Virus record (IMG/VR): IMGVR_UViG_3300027763_000029
Source: a virus
Reading direction: 5' to 3' (one strand)
DNA length: 64,000 bases
Shown: piece by piece, positions 39,816-49,326 of the stretch
Layout of the letters: each line of letters starts with the position of its first letter
How positions within the stretch are numbered: position 1 is the stretch's first letter
Notes under the pieces: model-generated
The model's database searches: none
Seen by the model: the letters and a program-made list of their open reading frames with translations, nothing else
What the model was told of the DNA's origin: nothing
Program-made: the position numbers and the translations under genes

Positions 39816-40312
39816 TTATGAAAAACAATAATCTATTACTTATAGTTGCTGGTTTATTGATTCTAGTTGGTCTGGCTAAGTTTGATCTTTCAGGATTTAA
39901 TTTTTTACCAAATAGACCAGTATCTGTTGATGTTCTGGAATTATCCGCACCAACTGATGAGACAGTTAAAAAAGAAGCCGAAGATGTTATTGCTGTTTTG
40001 AAAGAAGCAGGAGTTAAATCAGAAGCTAAAAGACTCAGAGATCTATATCTTGATTTAGCAAAGCTAGTTGAACTTGATGGTGAAGATCAGGTAATTAAAA
40101 GTACCGAAGAAATTCGTCAAGCTAATAGTCTAGCCGGTATCATGCTTAGACTAGATATTAAAGGTAAGTATCCCAATTTAGCAAAAGAAGCAAAAGAAGT
40201 GGTTGTTGCTTCAATTGGTGATGATCAAATTCTATTATCCAAAGAGCTAAGAGTTAAAGCTGTAGAAGGTCTTAATGCTTTAGCTTGGTCTTGTAACGAA
40301 GGTTCAAAATAA
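39812..40312 (+). CDS. Membrane-anchored/secreted helical protein
   Basis: N-terminal hydrophobic helix. Confidence 0.65.
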   Translation: MIMKNNNLLLIVAGLLILVGLAKFDLSGFNFLPNRPVSVDVLELSAPTDETVKKEAEDVIAVLKEAGVKSEAKRLRDLYLDLAKLVELDGEDQVIKSTEEIRQANSLAGIMLRLDIKGKYPNLAKEAKEVVVASIGDDQILLSKELRVKAVEGLNALAWSCNEGSK

Positions 40313-41238
40313 TGCCTAGACTATCTCCAAAAGAACTATACGATAATTATCGCAAGGGATTCAGCGGATGCATATGGGAGCAGCATGTCTATGATCATTT
40401 GATGGAAACTTCAAAGTATCCATTATTTGGTGATGCTAGTAAAAAAATTAGCGGTAGTGGTAAGGGTAAACTCTCAACACCATATAAGAGTGTATTAAAG
40501 TTTGATAAAAATCCTTATAATGAAAGACAAACTACTGGAGATTGTGTGAGCCATGGAACACGAAACGCTTGTGATGTTACGCGAGCAGTAGAAATAGATA
40601 TTGGTAATGAGAGAGAGGATTGGATAGCAAAAGGAGCAACAGAGGCTATCTATGGAGCAAGAGGATTTTCCGGTGAAGGTATGAGTTGCTCTAGAGCCGC
40701 AGAGTTTGTTAGTAAGATCGGTGGAATAGTAGTAAGAAAAAACTATCCAGGTGTTGCTGACTTTAGTAAATATAATGGTAGTCTAGGGGCTAGCTGGGGC
40801 GGTCGCGGATTACCTGATAAAGTAATAGACACAGCAAACGACCATCAAATAAAAACTGCTTCATTAATACGAACAGTAGAAGAAGCTAGAGATGCTCTTG
40901 CTAATGGTTATGGATTAGCAGTATGTTCTAATTATGGATTTAGTAATAGTAGAGATAAAAAGGGATTTGCCAGAACATCTGGTAGTTGGGGACATTGCAT
41001 GGCTTGGATAGCATGTGATGATACTGGTAGTGAGCCAGCCTTTTTAGTTCAAAATAGCTGGGGTAAATGGAATGATGGTGGACATCCAGAATGGGGTCCA
41101 ATTCCAGATGGTTCATTTTTAATTCATGCTGATGTGGCCGCTGGAATGTTGGCAATGAATGGATCATATGCATTTAGTGGTTTTGATGGTTTTCCTCTTC
41201 AAAAGTTACCAAGCTACGGATTTGAAGACTATCTATAA
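40312..41238 (+). CDS. Papain-like (C1 family) cysteine protease
   Basis: Q..GDCVSH (oxyanion Gln, catalytic Cys), WGHCM (His), QNSWG (Asn). Confidence 0.85.
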   Translation: MPRLSPKELYDNYRKGFSGCIWEQHVYDHLMETSKYPLFGDASKKISGSGKGKLSTPYKSVLKFDKNPYNERQTTGDCVSHGTRNACDVTRAVEIDIGNEREDWIAKGATEAIYGARGFSGEGMSCSRAAEFVSKIGGIVVRKNYPGVADFSKYNGSLGASWGGRGLPDKVIDTANDHQIKTASLIRTVEEARDALANGYGLAVCSNYGFSNSRDKKGFARTSGSWGHCMAWIACDDTGSEPAFLVQNSWGKWNDGGHPEWGPIPDGSFLIHADVAAGMLAMNGSYAFSGFDGFPLQKLPSYGFEDYL

Positions 41239-41274
41239 ATCGTAAATTGCTGGTTAACTGATCATCTCTTATTA

Positions 41275-41287
41275 GGTGTATATAATA
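41275..41287 (+). promoter_or_regulatory. GGTGTAT putative phage promoter
   Basis: Intergenic GGTGTATATAATA upstream of 41320. Confidence 0.6.
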
Positions 41288-41319
41288 ATATATCTAGATT
41301 CCTTCTGGGGAATAATTTT

Positions 41320-41544
41320 ATGAATTTAAGAGAAAGATTAGAGTTAAGAGCAGTTATCAATATGATAATTAATGTTATTGAAACCTTAGCTAGACTATTT
41401 ACTAAGGCTCAAGAAAAGTTTGGACCAAAACCCAAAGTAGATACTCCAGACTCTCCAGTTAAACCCAATAGACCACGACCACTTAAAACTGTGGTAGATA
41501 CTATTGACAATATCATTCCTCTTCCATGGAGAGATAAAAAATGA
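41320..41544 (+). CDS. Hypothetical protein
   Basis: ATGA overlap with the next gene. Confidence 0.6.
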   Translation: MNLRERLELRAVINMIINVIETLARLFTKAQEKFGPKPKVDTPDSPVKPNRPRPLKTVVDTIDNIIPLPWRDKK

Positions 41545-41891
41545 ATAAATTATTTGTTGGCTTATTTTGCATTAGTCTATTGTTTACTCAGTCTAGTTAC
41601 TATGGCTCAACAATAGCACCAGTCACCCTTGCTGGCGGTATTATTAAAGCCAAGCATATGCAGGAAACAACACAAAAGTATAAAAGAAAAGACTGCCCAG
41701 TTTGCAAGGGTAAAGGTTGGTATATGAGTGGTGATGGTATCTTAAAAATTGATTGTACATACTGCGAAGCAGATAAGGGATCAATTTCAGTAGGCCCAAT
41801 TAAATCAATTAATCCAACAGCACCTAAGAATTATTCTGCTCCGATAAATTGTCCAGATGGCCAATGCCCAGTTAAAACACCAAGGAGATAA
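41541..41891 (+). CDS. Secreted protein with DnaJ-type Zn-finger-like motif
   Basis: Signal peptide; CPVCKGKG...CTYC; C-terminal CPDGQCP. Confidence 0.65.
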   Translation: MNKLFVGLFCISLLFTQSSYYGSTIAPVTLAGGIIKAKHMQETTQKYKRKDCPVCKGKGWYMSGDGILKIDCTYCEADKGSISVGPIKSINPTAPKNYSAPINCPDGQCPVKTPRR

Positions 41892-41896
41892 ATACT

Positions 41897-42295
41897 ATGG
41901 CTGATAATGAAAAACTCAAGGCTATAGCTATTAAAATTCTAGAAAAATCTAATGTACCAAAAGATCAGATATATGGATTTGCTATTGTTACTATTTTAAT
42001 GATCATTAGCATAGTCTTAACTTGTGTAAGAATACTACAAGAGTGCAATAAAAATAAATTAACTGCTCAATCTACAGCAGAAGATAAATATGCGATGTAC
42101 AGTGAACAACTACATACTTTTAGTGAGCGTAGAGGCTGGTTTACTAAAATGAGAATTAAGAAAATCTTAAGAAGAGAAATGAAAAAAGAAGATTATGAAA
42201 AGTATTCTTTGGCAATATTGAATGCTTTATTAGAAACAGGAGAAGTTCTTACGGAGGAGGAAGTGGTAACCTTAGTGGAGGCAGCAAATGTTTAA
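41897..42295 (+). CDS. Membrane protein
   Basis: TM FAIVTILMIISIVLTCV. Confidence 0.65.
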   Translation: MADNEKLKAIAIKILEKSNVPKDQIYGFAIVTILMIISIVLTCVRILQECNKNKLTAQSTAEDKYAMYSEQLHTFSERRGWFTKMRIKKILRREMKKEDYEKYSLAILNALLETGEVLTEEEVVTLVEAANV

Positions 42296-42533
42296 TATAA
42301 TGATCTGGTGTGTTTATGGTCTTTTTGTTGGTTCAATTGCAAAGAGTATAGTGCCAGGAGAGGAGAATTTTGGCTTCTGGAAAACTATAGCTTTAGGGGT
42401 TGCAGGATCCTACTGTGGCGGTATAATAACCTATCTACTGGGTATGACACCGCTACAACCCGCAGGGGTAGTCATGGGAGTTGCAGGAGCTATTTCTTCC
42501 TTGATTTTTTACAAAAAGCTATTAGAAAAATAA
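42288..42533 (+). CDS. GlsB/YeaQ/YmgE (transglycosylase-associated) membrane protein
   Basis: W.VYGLFVGSIAK.IVPG....GFW.TI.LGVAGSY.GG. Confidence 0.85.
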   Translation: MFNIMIWCVYGLFVGSIAKSIVPGEENFGFWKTIALGVAGSYCGGIITYLLGMTPLQPAGVVMGVAGAISSLIFYKKLLEK

Positions 42534-42543
42534 TTCACCAAAA

Positions 42544-43011
42544 ATGAGACCTGTCTGGACCGATTACTTCTTGGGATTGGCTAAAGTTATTTCCCAAAGG
42601 AGTCATGATGTACACACTCAGCATGGTTGTGTTATCACGGATCAAAATAATAGGATATTAGGAGTAGGATATAATGGATATCCAAGGGGCTTAGATGATA
42701 GTAAGTTACCAAAGGATCGTCCAGATAAATATCCTTGGATGGTTCACTCTGAAAGAAACGCACTATCTAATTGTGTTGTTAGACCAGATAATGGTATAGC
42801 ATATGTTACTGGTCAATGCTGTAATGATTGTATTATGGCTTTATGGCAGGAAGGTGTTCAAACAGTTTATATGACAGATGATCATGGAACACATTTATTT
42901 GATGATAATGCTAAAAAAATATTCGATACTTTTGTAGAGATGAGTGGAATAAAAATTATGAAAGTAACACCAGACTTGTCTTGGCTAAAGAGTCTGTGCG
43001 GTGTAATATGA
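42544..43011 (+). CDS. dCMP deaminase
   Basis: WTDYF, GYNG.PRG, HSERNAL, CCNDC. Confidence 0.9.
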   Translation: MRPVWTDYFLGLAKVISQRSHDVHTQHGCVITDQNNRILGVGYNGYPRGLDDSKLPKDRPDKYPWMVHSERNALSNCVVRPDNGIAYVTGQCCNDCIMALWQEGVQTVYMTDDHGTHLFDDNAKKIFDTFVEMSGIKIMKVTPDLSWLKSLCGVI

Positions 43012-43145
43012 ATGTACAAAGTTTATTTTTTTATCTATCAGTATTTTATTTATCATATCTGGAATACGTCGGTGATCCTAATGTTAATAAACAGTTCCAT
43101 ATCACCGTTATTCTCGGCCTCATTGCATTACTAAATAGGAGATAA
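43008..43145 (+). CDS. Small hydrophobic peptide (45 aa), not in the ORF track
   Basis: ATGA overlap; MNVQSLFFYLSVFYLSYLEY...GLIALLNRR. Confidence 0.45.
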   Translation: MNVQSLFFYLSVFYLSYLEYVGDPNVNKQFHITVILGLIALLNRR

Positions 43146-43146
43146 T

Positions 43147-45339
43147 ATGTCCGCACTTCAAGAACTACAAAACTATACATTCGTCAGCAAATATGCTCGT
43201 TGGTTAGAGGACAAGAATCGTAGAGAAACCTGGAAAGAGGCTGTTGATAGAGTACGTGAAATGATGCATACTCAATATGATTCTTTCGGAATAGCAGAAG
43301 ATATCGACTGGGCATATGACATTATGTATAAGAAGAAAGTTCTTGGTAGTCAAAGAGCATTACAGTTCGGTGGAGATCCTATCTTAAAGCGTCATGCTAA
43401 AATCTATAATTGTACAGCAAGCTACTGTGATCGTCTAAGATTCTTTCAGGAATGCTTTTGGTTATTATTGTGTGGGTCTGGCACTGGATTCAGTGTTCAG
43501 AAGCACCATGTCGCAAAACTACCCTCATTAGAACATGAAATAGAAAGTGATCAAGCTACCAAATATGTCATCGATGATAGTATCGAGGGCTGGGCAAATG
43601 CTCTAGGTGTTTTACTAAGTTCTTATTTTAGTAAACCAGTTGAAGAATTCAAGCAATATAAAAATACTCACATTGTATTTGACTATTCCAATATTAGACC
43701 AAAAGGATCATCACTGGCATCTGGTGTTGGTAAGGCTCCCGGATATGAGCCATTGGCCAATGGTCTTGAAAAAATCAGAGCACTACTAGATAGATGTATT
43801 AGTAATGGACAAAAGAAGCTAAGACCAATTGATGCTTATGATATTGTTATGCATAGTAGTGACGCCGTTTTATCTGGTGGAGTTAGAAGAAGCGCATCTC
43901 TAGCACTATTTAGTCATGATGACGATGAGATGGCTAAAGCCAAGACAGGCAACTGGTATGTGGAAAATCCACAAAGAGCACGAAGTAATAACTCTGCTCT
44001 ACTACTAAAAAGCGAAACTACCTTTGAAGAATTTTCTGGCTTGATGCAATCAGTTAAGGAGTTTGGTGAGCCGGGCTTCATTTGGAGCGAATCAACAGAG
44101 ATGATTTTTAATCCTTGTGTTGAAATTGGAATGTGGCCTATTGATGAGAGCAGCGGTAAAAGCGGATGGCAGGGCTGTAATCTTTCCACAATTAATTGCT
44201 CTAGTGTTGACGATGAAGAAGATTTCTATGAAAGATGCAAGGCAGCAGCTATCATAGGAACACTACAAGCTGGCTTTACCAAGTTAGAGTATCTTGGACC
44301 AACTAGCGAAAAGATCTTTGAAAGAGAAGCTTTGCTTGGAGTCTCATTAACTGGAACCATGGAAAAACATGATCTTGTTCTTACAGAAAAGACATTAACT
44401 AAGGGTGCTAAAATTGCTGTTGAAACCAATAAGCAAATTGCTAAAAAGATCAATATAAACCAAGCGGCAAGAGTAACTTGCTTGAAGCCAGAGGGAACAT
44501 CGTCAAGCATGTTGGGTACTAGTTCCGGCATCCACCCTCACCATGCTAAACGATACATACGCCATGTACAGGCTAATATTTTAGAAGCACCATACCAACA
44601 CTTCAAGAAAGTAAACCCGCAAGCCTGCGAAAAATCATCGTGGTCTGCAAACAATACTGATGAAGTAGTTAAGTTTCCAATAGAGGTACCAGATGGTGCT
44701 AAGTTAAGAAATCAACTACCAGCAGTAGAAATGCTATCTGTTGTAAAAGATACCCAAAAGAACTGGGTTCACTCTGGCAAGAATAGATCATTATGTACAC
44801 AGGAATATTTGAGTCATAATGTTAGTAATACTGTCACAGTTAAACCAGACGAATGGGAATCTGTAACCAAATACATTTATGACAATAGGAAGTATTTTGC
44901 AGGGATATCTTTAATTCCACAAAGCGGAGATAAGGATTATCCTCAAGCTCCATTTACTACAGTATATACAAGTAGGGAAATTGTTAAAGAATACGGAGAT
45001 GCTGCTTTGTGGTGCTCTGGACTAATAGAGCTTGCTCTCAACTCTTTTAATAATAACCTGTGGGCCGCTTGTGACTATGTTGGTTTAAATCAAGGTAAAG
45101 ATAGTGATGATGAGAATAAACTTATGTTTACTACTAAGATGAAAAATTTTGCCAGTAAGTACTTTGATGGAGATATAAGAAGATTAACATATTGTATGAA
45201 AGATGTTTATAACTGGAAAATATACTGTGATCTATATAATAGTTTTGGTAAGGTAGACTATACTCAACTATTAGAAACAGAAGATAACACTGCTGGTATT
45301 GAGGAAATCAGTTGTGCTGGAGGAGCTTGCCTAATATAA
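43147..45339 (+). CDS. nrdJ: Class II (adenosylcobalamin-dependent) ribonucleotide reductase
   Basis: YNC, GGVRRSA, NPCVEI, CNL, TCLKPEGT, C-terminal CAGGAC; no small subunit nearby. Confidence 0.9.
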   Translation: MSALQELQNYTFVSKYARWLEDKNRRETWKEAVDRVREMMHTQYDSFGIAEDIDWAYDIMYKKKVLGSQRALQFGGDPILKRHAKIYNCTASYCDRLRFFQECFWLLLCGSGTGFSVQKHHVAKLPSLEHEIESDQATKYVIDDSIEGWANALGVLLSSYFSKPVEEFKQYKNTHIVFDYSNIRPKGSSLASGVGKAPGYEPLANGLEKIRALLDRCISNGQKKLRPIDAYDIVMHSSDAVLSGGVRRSASLALFSHDDDEMAKAKTGNWYVENPQRARSNNSALLLKSETTFEEFSGLMQSVKEFGEPGFIWSESTEMIFNPCVEIGMWPIDESSGKSGWQGCNLSTINCSSVDDEEDFYERCKAAAIIGTLQAGFTKLEYLGPTSEKIFEREALLGVSLTGTMEKHDLVLTEKTLTKGAKIAVETNKQIAKKININQAARVTCLKPEGTSSSMLGTSSGIHPHHAKRYIRHVQANILEAPYQHFKKVNPQACEKSSWSANNTDEVVKFPIEVPDGAKLRNQLPAVEMLSVVKDTQKNWVHSGKNRSLCTQEYLSHNVSNTVTVKPDEWESVTKYIYDNRKYFAGISLIPQSGDKDYPQAPFTTVYTSREIVKEYGDAALWCSGLIELALNSFNNNLWAACDYVGLNQGKDSDDENKLMFTTKMKNFASKYFDGDIRRLTYCMKDVYNWKIYCDLYNSFGKVDYTQLLETEDNTAGIEEISCAGGACLI

Positions 45340-45767
45340 TGCCAGTATACTTTAAAAAACTAGATCCCAAAGCTAGCCTACCATCTAGAAATAATTTATC
45401 GGATGCTGGGGCTGATTTGAGATCAATAGAAAATATTACTATTCCTCCATTGTCTCGTGCTCTTATTAATACTGGATTGGCTTTAGAGATTCCTTATGGG
45501 TTCTACGGAAGAATAGCACCCAGATCAGGACTCGCTGTTAAATATGGTATTGATGTATTGGCTGGTGTTGTAGATAGCTCTTATCGTGGTCCTCTAGGTG
45601 TTGTTCTATATAATACGGATAGAGACAAAGAGTTTATTGTCAATGTTGGAGATAGGATTGCACAGATTATATTTGAAGAACATTGGAACTTTAAGATGGA
45701 AGAAGTGTCGGATCTTTCAGATACTAGTAGGTCAAATAATGGGTTTGGTTCTAGTGGGATAAAATAA
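45339..45767 (+). CDS. dut: Trimeric dUTPase
   Basis: AGADL, PRSGLA, GVVDSSYRG, GDRIAQ, RS.NGFGSSG. Confidence 0.95.
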   Translation: MPVYFKKLDPKASLPSRNNLSDAGADLRSIENITIPPLSRALINTGLALEIPYGFYGRIAPRSGLAVKYGIDVLAGVVDSSYRGPLGVVLYNTDRDKEFIVNVGDRIAQIIFEEHWNFKMEEVSDLSDTSRSNNGFGSSGIK

Positions 45768-45783
45768 GACAACTCTTATTAAC

Positions 45784-45796
45784 GGTGTATTATACT
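45784..45796 (+). promoter_or_regulatory. GGTGTAT putative phage promoter
   Basis: Intergenic GGTGTATTATACT upstream of phoH. Confidence 0.6.
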
Positions 45797-45839
45797 TATG
45801 ATTGGAAGGTCCTATCCTCTGTAGTTAAAAGGGCATAAT

Positions 45840-46565
45840 TTGAGAAAAAAAAATAGCTCTAAGAAAAGACCCAGGGTTATCGATGCTACAAATGAGATCC
45901 AAATCCCATCCGCTTATAGAAATAGGCTTAAACCAAGAACAGAAAATCAAAAAGAATATATTAGAACAGTAGCAGAAAATACTATAACTTTTTGTCAAGG
46001 TGTTGCTGGTAGTGGTAAGACTCATATCGCCATAGGCATGGCTTTAGAATACTTACTTGATGAAAAAGTTAAAAAGATTATCATCACAAGACCAGTTGTA
46101 GAATCTGGAGAAAAGATAGGATATCTACCCGGCACAGCAGAAGAAAAATTGCATCCATATCTTCTCCCTCTATTAGACGAAGTTAACCATTTCATCCCAT
46201 CGGCACAATACAATAGCTTAAAAACAAACAATAAGATTGAGATTGTACCGTTGGGTTTGATGAGAGGACGTAATTTCCATAATGCTTTTATAGTTGCTGA
46301 TGAATGTCAGAATGCTTCATATGATCAACTAAAAATGTTATTAACCAGAATAGGTAATAACAGTAAAATGGTATTAACAGGAGACGTTAGTCAGTCTGAC
46401 CTACATAGACATATGCAGGGAGGCTTTTATGATATGTTGTCAGCACTTGCTGATGTTGAAGGTATAGGTATTTCTAAGCTTGAATTTGCAGACATAGTTA
46501 GAAATCCTATCATAGGAAAAATTATAGGTCGTTTAGACTCATACGAAAATGAAAACAGAAAATAG
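45840..46565 (+). CDS. phoH: PhoH-like ATPase
   Basis: GVAGSGKT, TRPVVE, GYLPG, MRGRNF, DECQN, GDVSQSD, DIVRNP. Confidence 0.95.
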   Translation: MRKKNSSKKRPRVIDATNEIQIPSAYRNRLKPRTENQKEYIRTVAENTITFCQGVAGSGKTHIAIGMALEYLLDEKVKKIIITRPVVESGEKIGYLPGTAEEKLHPYLLPLLDEVNHFIPSAQYNSLKTNNKIEIVPLGLMRGRNFHNAFIVADECQNASYDQLKMLLTRIGNNSKMVLTGDVSQSDLHRHMQGGFYDMLSALADVEGIGISKLEFADIVRNPIIGKIIGRLDSYENENRK

Positions 46566-47133
46566 TAAATGCTTAGTACTAAATGGAGACTATTCCCCAT
46601 TAGGTATTATAGATTGGAAAAAAGCTATAACTTGGTGTGTAAAATATGAAAATAAAAGTAATCATGGTATAGAAATACTAGATTTTTATAAAGACGATTT
46701 TATTATTGGAGTTAACAATAAAAAGCATCCTATTCCAGCAGTAGTAAAAACTAATAGATATTTTCGTATCAATAATCAAAAAGTAACTTTTTCTCGTAAA
46801 AACTTATTTATTAGAGATAGTTATACATGTCAATATTGTGGAAATATAAAAGAGCTTAATAAGCTTACTTACGATCATGTTATTCCAAAATCAGCTTGGA
46901 AGTATAAAGAGGCAAGCCCAACTACATGGACAAACATAGTGACGGCTTGTGTAGAATGTAATAGGAGAAAAGGAAATAAAACTCCAAAACAAGCTAATAT
47001 GCCATTACTAAACTTGCCAATCATACCACAAAAAAATATCCGCTACTTGCCCATATCACACCACCTATCTACTATAAGAACAGATATTCCTCAAGAATGG
47101 CATCTATATTTGCCAGAATCATATATAGGATAA
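46549..47133 (+). CDS. HNH endonuclease (McrA-like)
   Basis: RDSYTCQYCG, TYDHVIP, NIVTACVECNRRKG. Confidence 0.9.
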   Translation: MKTENSKCLVLNGDYSPLGIIDWKKAITWCVKYENKSNHGIEILDFYKDDFIIGVNNKKHPIPAVVKTNRYFRINNQKVTFSRKNLFIRDSYTCQYCGNIKELNKLTYDHVIPKSAWKYKEASPTTWTNIVTACVECNRRKGNKTPKQANMPLLNLPIIPQKNIRYLPISHHLSTIRTDIPQEWHLYLPESYIG

Positions 47134-47137
47134 TTAA

Positions 47138-47545
47138 ATGCGAGTTGATACTGAAGATTTTAGGATTAAACAAAGCCAGGAGCAGAATAAGTTCTATACC
47201 CTACTAGGACATGAATCATTTTGCGATGATGAAGGATTTCCAAGATCAGAAACTGAAAGTGATCATACGTTTGCTAAAGCTGTAAAGAGTAAGGTGGCAA
47301 AAGCTTTTGGATCAAATAATCTATCATATAGATTTTATATCAAGACTGATCCTAATAAGAATATTATTAATCCAGTAGAGACGCATTCAATAAAAACTAA
47401 AGAAAAGTCTTCATTCATAAACAAAACCTGTAAGATAGAAGCCGTATTTTCTGAAGTAACAGAAAGTGTCTTTAATCAGTATATTAACTTTCTAAAGACA
47501 AATAATACTAAATGGTTAAATAGTGCACAGAGAGAACTGAAGTAA
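47138..47545 (+). CDS. Hypothetical protein, paralog of 48171..48557
   Basis: Shared FY...G.E.F.D....PR and FN.Y..FLKT.N..WLN.A.RE. Confidence 0.75.
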   Translation: MRVDTEDFRIKQSQEQNKFYTLLGHESFCDDEGFPRSETESDHTFAKAVKSKVAKAFGSNNLSYRFYIKTDPNKNIINPVETHSIKTKEKSSFINKTCKIEAVFSEVTESVFNQYINFLKTNNTKWLNSAQRELK

Positions 47546-47549
47546 TAGT

Positions 47550-47897
47550 ATGCCAGCATATACCTTCTATTGTGAAAAATGCAAATATAAATTTGAAATT
47601 ATATGTAGCATAAAAGATTATTCAGATAAACAAAGATGCGAAAAGTGTTCTAATTCTAGGAATGTTATTAGAGCATATACTGAAGATCTACTAACTATAA
47701 ACTCATCGGTTAAGAAATCTGATTCCGAACTTAAAACTATCGGCGATCTAGCTAATAGAAATAGAGATAAATTAACGGATGATCAAAAATTAAATCTATA
47801 TCAAAAGCACAACGACTATAAGGAAGGTCCAGCACCATCGGAATTACCAAAGGGAATGACCAGAATGAAGAAAACTCCAAAGACTAAATGGGTATAA
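47550..47897 (+). CDS. FmdB-family zinc-ribbon protein
   Basis: MPAYTFYCEKC...FE.......CEKC. Confidence 0.8.
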   Translation: MPAYTFYCEKCKYKFEIICSIKDYSDKQRCEKCSNSRNVIRAYTEDLLTINSSVKKSDSELKTIGDLANRNRDKLTDDQKLNLYQKHNDYKEGPAPSELPKGMTRMKKTPKTKWV

Positions 47898-47899
47898 AA

Positions 47900-48178
47900 A
47901 TGGAAAATCAATATAGTTCTCTATTTGAAGGACAGAACAAGAAGATTAGTTGTAAGCATGAAATTATTTTCAATATTACTGCTAGTGTAATAAGTGAAAA
48001 TGAAAAGGGAGAAGATGCTGGATATGAAGAAATTTGCACTAAGCATTACCATATCCCAGTAAAAGAAGATGCTGACTATAAAGAGTTTATGAATTCATTC
48101 TTTGGTTTTTTAGAAGGATGCTTGGCTAGTTCAGCACAAAAGACATACGAAAAAGATACAGGAACAAAAAATGAATAA
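47900..48178 (+). CDS. Hypothetical protein
   Basis: ORF in operon. Confidence 0.6.
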   Translation: MENQYSSLFEGQNKKISCKHEIIFNITASVISENEKGEDAGYEEICTKHYHIPVKEDADYKEFMNSFFGFLEGCLASSAQKTYEKDTGTKNE

Positions 48179-48557
48179 TTTTATACATTCAGCAAAAAAT
48201 ACATCCTCAGACAATATTCAAAGCGGAGATGAGTTTTATTGTTTTAGAGGAAAAGAAGATTTTCTTGACTCAAATAATAATCCTAGATGCAATAGTGAGG
48301 ACAACAACAATGTACTTGCTAAAAAAATTGTAAGGGACGATGGGGCTGTTAAGTATACTATAAAACTAGATAACAACGGTAAAATTTTTAATCCAATGTC
48401 TATATATGGAGAGACAAAAATTAGTTCGTTTTTAGATAGAGTTTGTAGAGCTCAAAATAAATACAAAGAAGTAAACCTAAAAGCTTTTAATATGTATTTA
48501 AGCTTTTTGAAAACTAAGAATCTTGCATGGTTAAATAACGCAGAAAGAGAGATATGA
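48171..48557 (+). CDS. Hypothetical protein, paralog of 47138..47545
   Basis: See paralog motifs at 47138. Confidence 0.75.
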   Translation: MNNFIHSAKNTSSDNIQSGDEFYCFRGKEDFLDSNNNPRCNSEDNNNVLAKKIVRDDGAVKYTIKLDNNGKIFNPMSIYGETKISSFLDRVCRAQNKYKEVNLKAFNMYLSFLKTKNLAWLNNAEREI

Positions 48558-48560
48558 ATT

Positions 48561-48908
48561 ATGGCTAGAATTAATAAAACATTAGGGTATGCTATTAGCT
48601 GGTTAAACAGTCAGAATAAGTCACCAATAGAAATTGCTGACGAATTAAAAATAACAGAAAAGCAAGTATTGACAGTATTAGAAAAGATCAGTACAAGTAC
48701 ATCTGATAACAATTTAAAGACAGCTAAATCTTCGGTAAGTAAGTCTAAAAATTTAATGATAACTGAGACTGCTGGTAAGAAGACTAATAATGTAGCAATA
48801 ATGACAGGTGCGGCATCAGCACTTAATGATTCTCTAAAAGATAATATGGCAAATATCCCAAGAACAAGAAATGATAGTTTCATCTTTAAACCAAAAAATG
48901 GAAAATAA
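48561..48908 (+). CDS. HTH-containing protein
   Basis: SPIEIADELKITEKQV. Confidence 0.65.
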   Translation: MARINKTLGYAISWLNSQNKSPIEIADELKITEKQVLTVLEKISTSTSDNNLKTAKSSVSKSKNLMITETAGKKTNNVAIMTGAASALNDSLKDNMANIPRTRNDSFIFKPKNGK

Positions 48909-49326
48909 TAACCAGTATCTGTCCAAGTATTCTAATGGCAAGACAGTTTCAGCAGCACAGTATATCACTGAATTAATATGTGAAAATAAAGCAAGAAAAG
49001 ATAAGCTTGATTTACATTATAGGTTTTGGGTTAGTAAGAAATGGGAAGCTTACTACAGGAACCAAATAGCTTCTGCCCATAAGCTTTTAAAAACATATGG
49101 CGCTAAAGCTATTATTAATGCTATCAGGGACAAGGAAGCAGAAAAAATTTACTCTTTGCGAGCACCACATTTGCCCGCTATTATACAAAAACATTCTGAA
49201 CTCCTAGAGTCTCAAAACACAGACCTTACTATTGATATTGATCGAAAGAACGATAAGTCATATAGAAAAGATCTGGTAAAGAAAAATGTTCTATCCAAAC
49301 TTAAGGAAATAGATGATGGCACTTAA
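48898..49326 (+). CDS. Phage hypothetical protein upstream of recA
   Basis: AQYITELIC, IYSLRAP motifs. Confidence 0.65.
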   Translation: MENNNQYLSKYSNGKTVSAAQYITELICENKARKDKLDLHYRFWVSKKWEAYYRNQIASAHKLLKTYGAKAIINAIRDKEAEKIYSLRAPHLPAIIQKHSELLESQNTDLTIDIDRKNDKSYRKDLVKKNVLSKLKEIDDGT

